In this document: in pieces, positions 9,806 through 19,237 of the stretch | How the letters are laid out: the number at the start of each line of letters is the position of its first letter | Numbering within the stretch: the first letter of the stretch is position 1 | Assembly (NCBI GenBank): GCA_017502165.1 | Contig: JAFVVO010000043.1 | Coordinates: 26,409-90,408 of the forward strand | DNA from: Clostridia bacterium | GTDB taxonomy: Bacteria > Bacillota > Clostridia > Christensenellales > QALW01 | Direction of reading: 5' to 3' | DNA: 64,000 nucleotides | The notes under the pieces: model-generated | Told to the model about the DNA's origin: nothing | Seen by the model: the letters and a program-made list of their open reading frames with translations, nothing else | Databases searched by the model: none | Translations under genes and position numbers: made by a program

Positions 9806-10348
9806 TTACTTCTTACCGGACTTGCCTTCTTTGAGAGCAACGTACTCGCCCTCATAACGAACGCCTTTGCCGTGATAGGGTTCAGGTGCTCTCTTGCCGC
9901 GGATTTCTGCAGCAAACTGACCAACAACCTGCTTGTCAGGGCCGCTGACAATGATGTTTGTCTGAGAGGGAACCTCGATTGTAACACCTTCGGGTGCTTC
10001 CATCTCAACGGGATGTGAATAACCTAAGGTGAGTACAAGCTTCTTGCCGTTAAGTGCAGCACGGTAACCGGTACCCTGGATGGTAAGGCTCTTTTTGAAG
10101 CCTTCGGATACGCCGATAACCATGTTGTTTAATAATGTTCTTGTAAGGCCATGAAGAGCGCGATGCTCTTTTTCGTCGGAGGGACGCTCAACTGTTGCTA
10201 CAGCGCCATCAACCTTAATAATCATGTCCTTGGAAAGTTGCTGTGTAAGAGTGCCTTTTGCGCCCTTTACAGTAACTACGTTGCCGTCAGCCACAGTAAC
10301 TGTTACGCCGGCGGGAATAGTTACGGGATTTTTACCTATTCTTGACAT
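9806..10348 (-). CDS. rplF: 50S ribosomal protein L6
   Basis: [17 protein letters not shown]. Confidence 0.97.
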   Translation of the reverse strand: MSRIGKNPVTIPAGVTVTVADGNVVTVKGAKGTLTQQLSKDMIIKVDGAVATVERPSDEKEHRALHGLTRTLLNNMVIGVSEGFKKSLTIQGTGYRAALNGKKLVLTLGYSHPVEMEAPEGVTIEVPSQTNIIVSGPDKQVVGQFAAEIRGKRAPEPYHGKGVRYEGEYVALKEGKSGKK

Positions 10349-10363
10349 AATTTTACCTCCAAA

Positions 10364-10762
10364 TTACCATACGTAAGCTAAAACTTCGCCACCGATGTTA
10401 AGTGAACGAGCTTGCTTATCAGTCATAATGCCCTTTGAAGTGGATATAATTGCGATACCCATGCCGCCCAAAACTCTGGGAAGCTCTTCAGCTCTGGCAT
10501 ATACTCTCAGGCCGGGCTTGGAAATTCTGCGGAGACCTGAAATAATTCTTTCTTTGTTTGCGCCGTATTTAAGAGTAATACGGATTGTTCCCTGGGGAAC
10601 TGCGTCGATAATTTCAACGCCTTTAATGTAACCTTCGTCAAGAAGAAGCTGAGCGATTGCCTGCTTTACGTTTGACTTAGGAATATCTACTGTTGTGTGA
10701 CGTGCTACCATTGCGTTACGGATTCTGGTGAGCATATCTGCAATAGGATCTGTTAAAACCAT
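10364..10762 (-). CDS. rpsH: 30S ribosomal protein S8
   Basis: [13 protein letters not shown] and the C-terminus GGEVLAYVW. Confidence 0.97.
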   Translation of the reverse strand: MVLTDPIADMLTRIRNAMVARHTTVDIPKSNVKQAIAQLLLDEGYIKGVEIIDAVPQGTIRITLKYGANKERIISGLRRISKPGLRVYARAEELPRVLGGMGIAIISTSKGIMTDKQARSLNIGGEVLAYVW

Positions 10763-10792
10763 TATGGTATCCTCCTTCCATTTATTTGTTAC

Positions 10793-10978
10793 TTACCAAC
10801 TTGCTGTTTTCACACCGGGAATTTCACCCTTGTATGCCAATTCTCTGAAACAAATACGGCAAATGCCATATTTTGATAAAACAGCGTGAGGACGTCCGCA
10901 AATGCTGCATCTTGTATAAGCGCGGGTGGAGTATTTAGCGGGCTTCTGCTGCTTGTTAATCATTGATTTCTTAGCCAT
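10793..10978 (-). CDS. rpsN: 30S ribosomal protein S14, type Z (zinc form)
   Basis: 61 aa with [23 protein letters not shown]. Confidence 0.96.
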   Translation of the reverse strand: MAKKSMINKQQKPAKYSTRAYTRCSICGRPHAVLSKYGICRICFRELAYKGEIPGVKTASW

Positions 10979-10996
10979 TATCTTAATCTCCCCTCT

Positions 10997-11536
10997 TTAA
11001 TTTGCGTAAGGCATACCCATAAGACCTAAAAGCTCACGGGCTTCCTCATCTGTTTGTGCTGTAGTAACAAATATAATGTCCATACCCCTAACCTTGTCGA
11101 TTTTGTCGTACTCGATTTCAGGGAATATCAACTGCTCTTTAATGCCGAGGGCATAGTTGCCTCTGCCATCAAATGCGTTAGCGGATACACCGTGGAAGTC
11201 ACGTACACGGGGAAGTGCTATATTCAAAAGCTTATCAACGAACTCGTACATTCTTTCACCACGAAGGGTAACCTTTGTACCGATGTTCATTCCTTCACGA
11301 ACCTTGAAGTTAGCAACGGACTTTTTAGCCTTTGTTACAACAGGTGCCTGACCTGTAATGAGTGCGATTTCCTCAACAACAGCCTGGAACTTCTTAGCGT
11401 CGTCCTTAACGTCGCCAAGACCGGCATTTACAACAACCTTTTCAAGCTTGGGAACTTGCATAATGTTGGTGTAGCCAAACTTCTTAACCATTGCAGGTAC
11501 TACTTCGCTTAAATATTTATCTTTTAATCTGGCCAT
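10997..11536 (-). CDS. rplE: 50S ribosomal protein L5
   Basis: Starts MARLKDKY at ATG 11536. The ORF-track start at 11590 would overlap rplX. Confidence 0.95.
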   Translation of the reverse strand: MARLKDKYLSEVVPAMVKKFGYTNIMQVPKLEKVVVNAGLGDVKDDAKKFQAVVEEIALITGQAPVVTKAKKSVANFKVREGMNIGTKVTLRGERMYEFVDKLLNIALPRVRDFHGVSANAFDGRGNYALGIKEQLIFPEIEYDKIDKVRGMDIIFVTTAQTDEEARELLGLMGMPYAN

Positions 11537-11559
11537 AGTATCTCTCCTCCGATCCTCAA

Positions 11560-11886
11560 TTACTGAATTGCCTTTTTGCAAACTTTGCAAACGCGGACCT
11601 TCTTGCCGTCAACTACTTCGTTGGAAACGCGAACGCCCTTCTTGCAGTTGGGGCAGTATAACATAACGTTTGATGCATCGATGGGAGCTTCCTTCTCGAT
11701 GCGGCCGCCTGCCTCACCCATTTTCTTGGGCTTGGTATGGCGAACGATCATATTAACGCCTTCAACGATAACCTTGTTATCCTTGGGCATAGCACGAAGG
11801 ACCTTATGGGTTTCGGTCTTATCTGCTGAATAAGACTTGCTTTCACCGCTGATTACTACAACGGTATCACCTTTTTTAATTAACAT
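11560..11886 (-). CDS. rplX: 50S ribosomal protein L24 (Cys4-containing form)
   Basis: Starts [14 protein letters not shown] at ATG 11886. It has a KOW domain and a C-terminal CPNC-x19-CKVC. Confidence 0.94.
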   Translation of the reverse strand: MLIKKGDTVVVISGESKSYSADKTETHKVLRAMPKDNKVIVEGVNMIVRHTKPKKMGEAGGRIEKEAPIDASNVMLYCPNCKKGVRVSNEVVDGKKVRVCKVCKKAIQ

Positions 11887-11899
11887 TGTGTTGTCCTCC

Positions 11900-12268
11900 T
11901 TACAGAACTTCCGGAGCAAGGGAGATAATCTTCATGAAATCCTTTTCACGAAGCTCTCTTGCGATGGGTCCGAATACACGGGTACCACGGGGAAGCTTTT
12001 GGTCATTGATGATAACTGCTGCATTATCGTCAAAACGGATATAAGTTCCGTCTGCACGGCGGGTGGGCTTAGTTGTACGAACGATAACTGCCTTTACAAC
12101 GTCACCTTTCTTAACTACGCCGCCGGGAGCAGCTGTTTTAACAGATGCAACGATGGTATCTCCAACGCTGCCGTATCTTCTGAAAGAGCCACCAAGAACT
12201 CTTATGCACATAATCTCTTTTGCGCCGGTATTGTCGGCAACCTTCAATCTTGTTTGAGGTTGTATCAT
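11900..12268 (-). CDS. rplN: 50S ribosomal protein L14
   Basis: [27 protein letters not shown]. Confidence 0.97.
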   Translation of the reverse strand: MIQPQTRLKVADNTGAKEIMCIRVLGGSFRRYGSVGDTIVASVKTAAPGGVVKKGDVVKAVIVRTTKPTRRADGTYIRFDDNAAVIINDQKLPRGTRVFGPIARELREKDFMKIISLAPEVL

Positions 12269-12304
12269 AATTTACCCCTTTCCGGTAAAACAGTTTGTAA
12301 AAGC

Positions 12305-12559
12305 TTATTTTGCCTTTTCAACTATTTCAACCAATCTCCATCTTTTATCTTTGCTCAACGGTCTTGTTTCCATAATACGAACGGTATCACCGATTCCGCA
12401 TTCGTTGTTTTCGTCGTGAGCCTTAAATTTTGTTGTACGGTTTACAGTCTTACCGTAAAGAGGATGAAGAACCTTTGTTTTAACTGCAACAACGATTGTC
12501 TTATCCATCTTATCGCTGATAACTGTACCTACTCTCTGTTTACGAAAATTTCTTTCCAC
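12305..12559 (-). CDS. rpsQ: 30S ribosomal protein S17
   Basis: [21 protein letters not shown]. The start is GTG, 9 nt after AAGGAGG. Confidence 0.95.
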   Translation of the reverse strand: MERNFRKQRVGTVISDKMDKTIVVAVKTKVLHPLYGKTVNRTTKFKAHDENNECGIGDTVRIMETRPLSKDKRWRLVEIVEKAK

Positions 12560-12573
12560 AGTTCTCGTCCTCC

Positions 12574-12774
12574 TTAATTCTGAGCCTTAAGCTCTAATTC
12601 TCTGAGTATGGTCATAACCCTTGCAATGTCCTTTTTGCAGGCGTCAATTTGCTTAAGGTTAGTAAGCTGACCGGTGGCATTCTGAAATCTGAGATTTAAT
12701 AATTCTCTTTTAAGCTCTGCCAATTTCTTGTTAAGTTCTTCGGCATTCATTTCACGAAGCTTATTAGGTTTCAT
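12574..12774 (-). CDS. rpmC: 50S ribosomal protein L29
   Basis: [34 protein letters not shown] 12774 overlaps the rplP stop (TGATG). The first codon in the ORF track is TTG. Confidence 0.94.
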   Translation of the reverse strand: MKPNKLREMNAEELNKKLAELKRELLNLRFQNATGQLTNLKQIDACKKDIARVMTILRELELKAQN

Positions 12775-13211
12775 CAAACTTCACCGTCCTGTTCTTTGTT
12801 GTAGTCTTCCTTCTTAACGAATTTAACCTTAATAGGAAGCTTGTGGCTTGCAAGACGTAATGCCTCGCGTGCAGTAGCCTCGTCAACACCGTTCATCTCA
12901 AAGAGAACTCTGCCGGGCTTAACTACTGCTACCCAGTATTCAGGTGAACCCTTACCTGAACCCATTCGGGTTTCAGCGGGCTTAGCTGTTACGGGCTTGT
13001 CAGGGAAAATTTTGATCCAAACCTGACCGCTACGCTTAATATATCTTGTCATAGCAATACGAGCTGCTTCGATCTGTGCGCTCTTGATCCAACCGGGTTC
13101 AAGTGCTACAAGACCGTAATCACCGTAAGCGATGAAGTTGCCGCGCTGTGCGGTACCCTTCATTCTGCCACGGAAAACTCTTCTTCTTTTTACTCTTTTG
13201 GGCATTAACAT
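12774..13211 (-). CDS. rplP: 50S ribosomal protein L16
   Basis: [19 protein letters not shown]. Confidence 0.97.
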   Translation of the reverse strand: MLMPKRVKRRRVFRGRMKGTAQRGNFIAYGDYGLVALEPGWIKSAQIEAARIAMTRYIKRSGQVWIKIFPDKPVTAKPAETRMGSGKGSPEYWVAVVKPGRVLFEMNGVDEATAREALRLASHKLPIKVKFVKKEDYNKEQDGEV

Positions 13212-13213
13212 AA

Positions 13214-13870
13214 TTACTTGCCTCCTTCTGCTTTAGCAGCCTTCTTTGCAAGAATTTCTCCCTTGTAAACCCAAACCTTTACGCCGATACGACCATAGGT
13301 TGTTGCTGCTTCAGCAAAACCGTAATCGATATCTGCGCGGAGTGTCTGCAGGGGAATACTTCCCTCATGGTAACCTTCGCTACGAGCGATTTCTGCGCCA
13401 CCAAGACGACCGCTTACTAAAATTTTGATACCCTTTGCGCCGGCGCGGGTAACTCTCTGCATTGACTGCTTCATAGCACGACGGAAAGATACACGCTTTT
13501 CAAGCTGCTGTGCAATGGATTCGGCAACGAGCTGAGCGTCCATATCAGGCTTTTTGATTTCCATGATATTAACGTTAACCTTTTTGCCAACGAACTTCTC
13601 AAGGTCTGCTCTCAAGGCATCGATACCTGCGCCGCCTTTGCCGATAAGGGCACCGGGCTTTGCGGTGAAGATGAAAAGAGTAACTGCATTGCTCTTACGC
13701 TCGATTTCAATTTTGGATACGCTGAAAGCTGCAAGCTTATTCTTAAGATATTTACGAAGCTTGTTATCTTCAGCAATGTTCTGGGCCATATCCTTGCCGG
13801 TTACCCAGCGGGAGTCCCAGTTCTTAATAACGCCTACTCTGAGGCCGTGGGGATTAACTTTCTGTCCCAT
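13214..13870 (-). CDS. rpsC: 30S ribosomal protein S3
   Basis: [22 protein letters not shown]. Confidence 0.97.
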   Translation of the reverse strand: MGQKVNPHGLRVGVIKNWDSRWVTGKDMAQNIAEDNKLRKYLKNKLAAFSVSKIEIERKSNAVTLFIFTAKPGALIGKGGAGIDALRADLEKFVGKKVNVNIMEIKKPDMDAQLVAESIAQQLEKRVSFRRAMKQSMQRVTRAGAKGIKILVSGRLGGAEIARSEGYHEGSIPLQTLRADIDYGFAEAATTYGRIGVKVWVYKGEILAKKAAKAEGGK

Positions 13871-14269
13871 TTATTTGTCCTCCTTCTTCTCATCAAGGAT
13901 AACTGTAATGTGGCTTGAACGCTTTAAGATGGGTGCTGCGCTACCCTTTGCACGAGGTCTGAATCTCTTAAGAGTGGGACCCTGGTTTGCATAAGCTTCA
14001 GCAACAAAAAGGTTATCTCTGTTAAGGTACGGAGGATTATTCTCCGCATTTGCTACTGCAGAAGCAAGAACCTTCTCGATTACGGGAGAAGCTGCCTTGG
14101 GTGTGAACTGCAAAATAGCAAGGGCTTCATCAACCTGCTTACCGCGGATAAGGTCGAGTACGATACGAACCTTACGGGAAGAAATACGTACGTATTTAGC
14201 AATAGCCTTAGGTCTTCTGTCACGGTTTTCTCTGCGGGCTGCTGCCTTTTCTTTCATTCTCTTTGCCAT
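13871..14269 (-). CDS. rplV: 50S ribosomal protein L22
   Basis: [21 protein letters not shown], with a Lys/Arg-rich N-terminal extension. Confidence 0.95.
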   Translation of the reverse strand: MAKRMKEKAAARRENRDRRPKAIAKYVRISSRKVRIVLDLIRGKQVDEALAILQFTPKAASPVIEKVLASAVANAENNPPYLNRDNLFVAEAYANQGPTLKRFRPRAKGSAAPILKRSSHITVILDEKKEDK

Positions 14270-14282
14270 ATCACGCTACCTC

Positions 14283-14561
14283 CTATCTGCCTGAGGACTT
14301 CTCGGAACCGGAATGTCCTCTGAATGTTCTTGTAGGTGCAAATTCACCTAATTTATGTCCTACCATATCTTCTGTGATATAAACAGGAACGTGTTTCTTG
14401 CCGTCATGAACGGCTATTGTATGGCTTACCATCTGGGGAAAGATCGTAGAAGATCTTGACCAAGTCTTGATAACCTTCTTATCCCCGGAAGCATTCATTT
14501 CTTCAACCTTCTTCAGCAATCTTTCGCTGACAAAAGGTCCTTTTTTAACTGACCTGCTCAT
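14283..14561 (-). CDS. rpsS: 30S ribosomal protein S19
   Basis: [11 protein letters not shown]...[27 protein letters not shown]. Confidence 0.97.
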   Translation of the reverse strand: MSRSVKKGPFVSERLLKKVEEMNASGDKKVIKTWSRSSTIFPQMVSHTIAVHDGKKHVPVYITEDMVGHKLGEFAPTRTFRGHSGSEKSSGR

Positions 14562-14582
14562 AATGAGTCTCCTTCCGATTTA

Positions 14583-15413
14583 TTAGCCGTTGCGGCGTTT
14601 TACGATATATTTGTTGGATTTGTTCTTCTTAGCACGAGTCTTGTAACCAAGTGCAGGCTTACCCCAAGGAGTAACAGGGCCGGGACGGCCAACGGGGGAT
14701 TTACCTTCACCACCACCGTGGGGGTGATCGCAGGGGTTCATAACAACGCCTCGAACTGTGGGACGAACGCCCATGTGACGCTTTCTACCTGCTTTACCGA
14801 TAGAAACGTTTTCATGGTCAAGGTTACCTACCTGGCCGATAGTTGCCTTACACTCTAAAAGAATGTAACGAACTTCGCCTGAGGGAAGACGAACCTGAGC
14901 GTACTTTTCTTCCTTGGACATAAGCTGTGCTGCGTTACCTGCTGCACGAACAAGCTGTCCGCCTTTGCCGGGCATAAGCTCAATGTTGTGAATAAGAGTA
15001 CCAACGGGGATATTCTTAATCTTAAGAGCGTTACCGGGCTTAATGTCAGCGCCGTCGCCGGAGTAGATGGTGTCACCTACGTTAAGGCCTACGGGAGCAA
15101 GAATGTATCTCTTTTCGCCGTCTGCGTAATTCAGAAGAGCGATGTTAGCGGTACGGTTGGGATCGTATTCGATTGATGCAACGCGTGCTGCGATATCGTC
15201 TTTGTTACGCTTGAAATCGATGATTCTGTACTTTCTGGTGTTTCCGCCGCCGTGGTGACGAACTGTCATACGACCGGCATTGTTTCTGCCTCCACTCTTT
15301 GATACCTTAGCAAGTAAGGATTTTTCAGGAGTGGTTTTTGTAATTTCTTCAAAGGTTGAAACCGACATAAAACGTCTGGCAGGAGAGGTCGGTTTATATT
15401 TTCTGATACCCAT
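14583..15413 (-). CDS. rplB: 50S ribosomal protein L2
   Basis: Starts [14 protein letters not shown] at ATG 15413 after GGAG. Also has [13 protein letters not shown]. Confidence 0.96.
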   Translation of the reverse strand: MGIRKYKPTSPARRFMSVSTFEEITKTTPEKSLLAKVSKSGGRNNAGRMTVRHHGGGNTRKYRIIDFKRNKDDIAARVASIEYDPNRTANIALLNYADGEKRYILAPVGLNVGDTIYSGDGADIKPGNALKIKNIPVGTLIHNIELMPGKGGQLVRAAGNAAQLMSKEEKYAQVRLPSGEVRYILLECKATIGQVGNLDHENVSIGKAGRKRHMGVRPTVRGVVMNPCDHPHGGGEGKSPVGRPGPVTPWGKPALGYKTRAKKNKSNKYIVKRRNG

Positions 15414-15501
15414 TGAATTTAACTCCATTTCTCAGCGACTGAATTTTATCACTTACGACCCGCTGCCGCTGAAGCCGAGCCGAAGTATAACATTGTTAAA
15501 A

Positions 15502-15792
15502 TTAAGCCATATTCTCGAAGAACTCGATTGCTTTTGAATCCTTCTTAAGAATAACGTAAGCTTTCTTTACGGTAGAGGTTCTGCCAACGTATTTACCCAT
15601 ACGCTTAAGCTTGCCCTGGGTTGTTACGGTGTTAACCTTTTCTACCTGAACGCCGAAGATTTCTTCAACTGCGTTTTTGATCTGAGTTTTGGTAGCCTTT
15701 GTAGCTACTTCAAACACGTAACGCTTGTCAGCCATCATATCGTAGCTCTTTTCAGTGAGCACGGGCTTGATAATGATATCTTCATTAAACAT
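15502..15792 (-). CDS. rplW: 50S ribosomal protein L23
   Basis: IIKPVLTEKSY. It has a 1-nt overlap with the rplD stop. Confidence 0.96.
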   Translation of the reverse strand: MFNEDIIIKPVLTEKSYDMMADKRYVFEVATKATKTQIKNAVEEIFGVQVEKVNTVTTQGKLKRMGKYVGRTSTVKKAYVILKKDSKAIEFFENMA

Positions 15793-16412
15793 TATGCATA
15801 TACCTCCTCAAGCTTTTTGAGAGCTGCCTTTGTAAGAATGAGCTTGTCGTGGTTGAGAATGTCAACAACGTTGAGGGTGTTAACAAGGCCGGTCTTAACT
15901 CCGGGAATGTTAGCTGCTGCTCTTTCTACGTTTTCAGTAGGCTCTGCGTTAACGATGTAAGCCTTGCCTTCAACCTTAAGGTTTGCAAGAACCTTAACCA
16001 TCGCCTTAGTTTTGGCTTCAATTTCAAGGGCATCAAGAATGATTATATCCTTGTCAGCAACCTTGCTTGTAAGTGCGCCCTTAAGAGCAAGTCTCTTAAC
16101 CTTCTTGGGAACAACGATTGAGAAATCTCTTGACTTGGGAGCAAATACTACGCCGCCCTTATAGTACTGGGGTGATCTGCTTGAACCCTGACGGGCACGA
16201 CCTGTACCTTTCTGACGGAAGGGCTTCTTACCGCCACCGGCAACCTCTGTACGAGTTAAGGTGCCTTTTGTGCCCTGACGCTTGTTAGCAAGCTGAGCAC
16301 GAACTACTGTATGAAGTACGTGGGTATTAACCTCAACCTCAAAAATTTCCTTCTTGAGAGTTACGGTGCTTACCTTTTCGCCTTCAATGTTATATACATT
16401 TACTCTTGGCAT
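15792..16412 (-). CDS. rplD: 50S ribosomal protein L4
   Basis: TRTEVAGGGKKPFRQKGTGRARQGS. Confidence 0.97.
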   Translation of the reverse strand: MPRVNVYNIEGEKVSTVTLKKEIFEVEVNTHVLHTVVRAQLANKRQGTKGTLTRTEVAGGGKKPFRQKGTGRARQGSSRSPQYYKGGVVFAPKSRDFSIVVPKKVKRLALKGALTSKVADKDIIILDALEIEAKTKAMVKVLANLKVEGKAYIVNAEPTENVERAAANIPGVKTGLVNTLNVVDILNHDKLILTKAALKKLEEVYA

Positions 16413-16426
16413 TACTACTTACCTCC

Positions 16427-17062
16427 TTACTTACTCTTTACTGACTGCTTAATGGTAAGCAGTGCGCCTGCTGCACCGGGAACAGCGCCCTTGATTAAGA
16501 GAACGCCGCGCTGGGTGTCAACACGTACGATTTCAAGATTCTGAACCGTAACGGTTTCGTTACCCCAGTGACCGGGCATGTGCTTATTTTTGAATACGTG
16601 GCTGGGAGAGGAGCTTGCGCCCATTGAACCAACTACTCTGTGAGCGCCGGAACCGTGGGACATGGGGCCTGTGTGCTGATTCCATCTCTGGATAACACCG
16701 GAGAAGCCGTGGCCCTTGCTCTTAGCGGAAACGTCAACCTTGTCGCCTTCAGCAAATATGTCGCAAGCGATAACGTCACCGGCTTTATAGTCGGCCGTAT
16801 TATCGAACTTAAATTCGCGCATATAGCGTGCTACGGGTGCGTTTGCCTTTACGAACTGACCCTTGTCAGCCTTGTTTACGTTCTTTTCTTTAATCTCGCC
16901 AAAGCCCACTTTAACGGCTTCATAGCCGTCCTTTTCCTGTGTTTTAACCTGTACTACTGTGCAGGGGCCGGCTTGAACGACTGTTACAGGAACTACTGTA
17001 CCGTCTTGTGCGAAGATCTGAGTCATACCGATCTTCTTGCCCAAAATACCTTTTGTCATCAT
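16427..17062 (-). CDS. rplC: 50S ribosomal protein L3
   Basis: KGILGKKIGMTQIF. Confidence 0.97.
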   Translation of the reverse strand: MMTKGILGKKIGMTQIFAQDGTVVPVTVVQAGPCTVVQVKTQEKDGYEAVKVGFGEIKEKNVNKADKGQFVKANAPVARYMREFKFDNTADYKAGDVIACDIFAEGDKVDVSAKSKGHGFSGVIQRWNQHTGPMSHGSGAHRVVGSMGASSSPSHVFKNKHMPGHWGNETVTVQNLEIVRVDTQRGVLLIKGAVPGAAGALLTIKQSVKSK

Positions 17063-17074
17063 CGTTCATCCTCC

Positions 17075-17383
17075 TTAAAGTTTAATGTTGATGTCAACAC
17101 CGGCAGCAAGATCCAGCTTCATAAGTGCATCTACTGTTTTGGGTCCGGCATTGTAAATGTCGATAAGACGCTTGTGAGTACGAAGCTCAAACTGTTCACG
17201 GCTATCCTTATATTTATGAGGAGCACGAAGAATAGTAATTACTTCTTTCTCAGTGGGAAGGGGAATGGGGCCGCTTACTGTGGCTCCGGTCTTGATTGCT
17301 GTTTCAACAATCTTTTCGGCAGACTGGTCAATAAGGTTATGATCGTATGCCTTTAACTTGATTCTGATTTTTTGCGATGCCAT
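17075..17383 (-). CDS. rpsJ: 30S ribosomal protein S10
   Basis: [26 protein letters not shown]. It is the first gene of the cluster. Confidence 0.97.
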   Translation of the reverse strand: MASQKIRIKLKAYDHNLIDQSAEKIVETAIKTGATVSGPIPLPTEKEVITILRAPHKYKDSREQFELRTHKRLIDIYNAGPKTVDALMKLDLAAGVDINIKL

Positions 17384-17589
17384 TTTTTTACCTCCTTTTA
17401 GTAGCTCAAATACACTCTACCGTGTGTGCCGCTTATAAAATTTTTAAGCAGCGGTGCATCTGGCTGTTCGTCTGATTTTCAGACAATTGTCCACGGAAAT
17501 TACCTGCATTATAGGAGCAGCAACCTTCCGCTTCATACCATTTACGCAAAAACATGCGCAGTTACTCCACCGCACAGAGCAACGTTTGA

Positions 17590-17618
17590 ATTATATAATA
17601 AAGATTTTAATTTTGCAA
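17590..17618 (-). promoter_or_regulatory. Sigma-A promoter of the S10-spc-alpha supercluster
   Basis: On the minus strand: TTGCAA (17618-17613), 17-nt spacer, TATAAT (17595-17590). This leaves a ~200-nt leader before rpsJ. Confidence 0.65.
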
Positions 17619-17766
17619 CTATTTTTTTGCCCTAAATTGTGAACTTTTTGTAAACTTTGATTTTTTTGCCCTTTTTCGCATATATTTTACTGTATTTTTC
17701 CGTTTTTGAAGTCTTTTTTGAAAAAAACACCGTTTTCTCTCCCGAAAATGCCATAATATAATATCC

Positions 17767-17818
17767 GTGCCAACGGCACACCTTAATTATTCATTATTCA
17801 TTATTCATTATTCATTAA
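17767..17818 (+). repeat. Hairpin + (ATTATTC)n element, copy A
   Basis: GTGCC-AAC-GGCAC hairpin followed by ACCTTAATTATTCATTATTCATTATTCATTATTCATT. The 37-nt tail matches the reverse complement of 59068-59104 with one mismatch. Confidence 0.85.
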
Positions 17819-17829
17819 ATAAACATATC

Positions 17830-17901
17830 GGGAGGCAGATTGCCTCCCCTACGGTATGTAAATAAAACTGCCCGCAGGGCAATATAACTTGCCGCAGGCA
17901 A
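17830..17901. repeat. Cluster of short tri-loop hairpins
   Basis: GGGAGGCA-GAT-TGCCTCCC (17830-17848), TGCCC-GCA-GGGCA (17869-17881) and TTGCC-GCA-GGCAA (17889-17901). The last two are spaced 20 nt apart. Confidence 0.7.
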
Positions 17902-17924
17902 TAAAACTTCCAAAGGGGGATAAT

Positions 17925-18857
17925 ATGCCTATGCCTTCTCTTTTAATCAGCGCCAACGAACAGTGCGTTGTTAGTATAAACGGTTCCTTTTTAGGACTTG
18001 TTCGCCAAGGGGACGAGAAAACCATTCCGCTTTCAACGGGGCAAAGTCTTTTTGTCGTTCAGCCGGTGGAAGCATTGTGGGAGCCTCTGGTTTGCATAAT
18101 AGAAAATAGCGGTGAGCCCCATTGCATCTGCGGCGGAGTTTTAAGCAGGTGGAGTGAAGAAATTTACTGTCTGCGCTTTGAGCTTTTCCAAAAGCGTGTT
18201 TCTCCGCCGCCTCTTTTAATGAAGGAGGAAAAATGGGGTAATGGCTTTGCAGGGCTTTGCGGTGACTGCTTTGTGTTTGAGGATTCCTTGGGCAACCGTT
18301 CTTTTATTGACGAGCCCGTAGAAGATTTTGTTGTTCTTTCCAAAAAATTTGTTCTTTTGAAGCAACAAGATTCTCTTTGCGTTATTGATCAGGCGCTCAA
18401 TAAGATTATTGCTCCCGTTCCCTGCGAAAATTACAGAATTGAAAACAACGCGCTTATTCTCTCCTTTGTTCCCTGGAATATGGATTGCTTTACCTTGGAG
18501 GAACGCTACAGCCTTGAAGACTTATCCTTGATCAAAAGCGACCTCACCTTCTTAAAAAGGGAAACTCCCCTTGACCTTGTGCGCAGCTTTTGCCAATGCG
18601 TCCGCCTAAATAGAGAAGCGGAAGCGTTGGAGCTTCTTACACCGTCACTTAAGCGGGAATTTTCCTTTCAGAGCATTAAGGATTTTCTCGGACCCTTTGA
18701 CGCCTGCGAAAGTGTCCGCTTTATTTCCTCGCCTGCAAACAACACCCTTGCTCTGCGATATAAAATTGACCGATTCAATTATCATTTTTTGTGCTATGAA
18801 TTTTCCGTTGACGCCTCCTCAGGCACTCCGTTGATTGACGACGTTTCTCAGCTTTAG
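17925..18857 (+). CDS. Hypothetical cytoplasmic protein, Cys-rich, no recognised family
   Basis: Long ORF with ATG 17925 following AAGGGGGA. The ORF-track TTG start at 17889 lies inside a hairpin repeat. No TM segment or known motifs were seen. Confidence 0.6.
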   Translation: MPMPSLLISANEQCVVSINGSFLGLVRQGDEKTIPLSTGQSLFVVQPVEALWEPLVCIIENSGEPHCICGGVLSRWSEEIYCLRFELFQKRVSPPPLLMKEEKWGNGFAGLCGDCFVFEDSLGNRSFIDEPVEDFVVLSKKFVLLKQQDSLCVIDQALNKIIAPVPCENYRIENNALILSFVPWNMDCFTLEERYSLEDLSLIKSDLTFLKRETPLDLVRSFCQCVRLNREAEALELLTPSLKREFSFQSIKDFLGPFDACESVRFISSPANNTLALRYKIDRFNYHFLCYEFSVDASSGTPLIDDVSQL

Positions 18858-19237
18858 CCCTCCTGCTTTCGTTCCTTTTTCCGCTTTTGTTTTTCTTCTG
18901 CTTGTGCTTAAAATTTTTTCACCACAAGATATGCTAAAAATTTTTTTAGAAAAACACAATAGGTGCTAACATCTTCTTTTGCCCTCGCCCTTGAAAATAA
19001 GAACATTATAATATGAATTCATTATTATATATATAACAAAAATTTTTTCAACTTTATTTAGTATAAATATTTTGTTTTTCGCATATTTATACTATTTTCA
19101 AGCTTTATTCTTTTTAAAAAATAGTTCTGTTTTGTTGCAAAAACCGCTTGCCTTAATTATTATACAGTAGTATAATAATCGTAATCCGTAAATAATTATT
19201 CACGGCAAAATTTTTATCGTCTATCAGGAGGCTGAAA

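Noticed and set aside
11837-12577. 246-aa plus-strand ORF
   Set aside because: It is antisense to rplX, rplN and rpsQ, whose products are unmistakable. Its Cys/Leu/Ser-rich composition is typical of a shadow ORF.
16640-17356. 238-aa plus-strand ORF
   Set aside because: It is antisense to rplC and rpsJ, so it is a shadow ORF.
17889-17924. TTG start proposed by the ORF track for the orphan protein
   Set aside because: The TTG lies inside the TTGCC-GCA-GGCAA hairpin repeat. ATG 17925 has a strong AAGGGGGA RBS.
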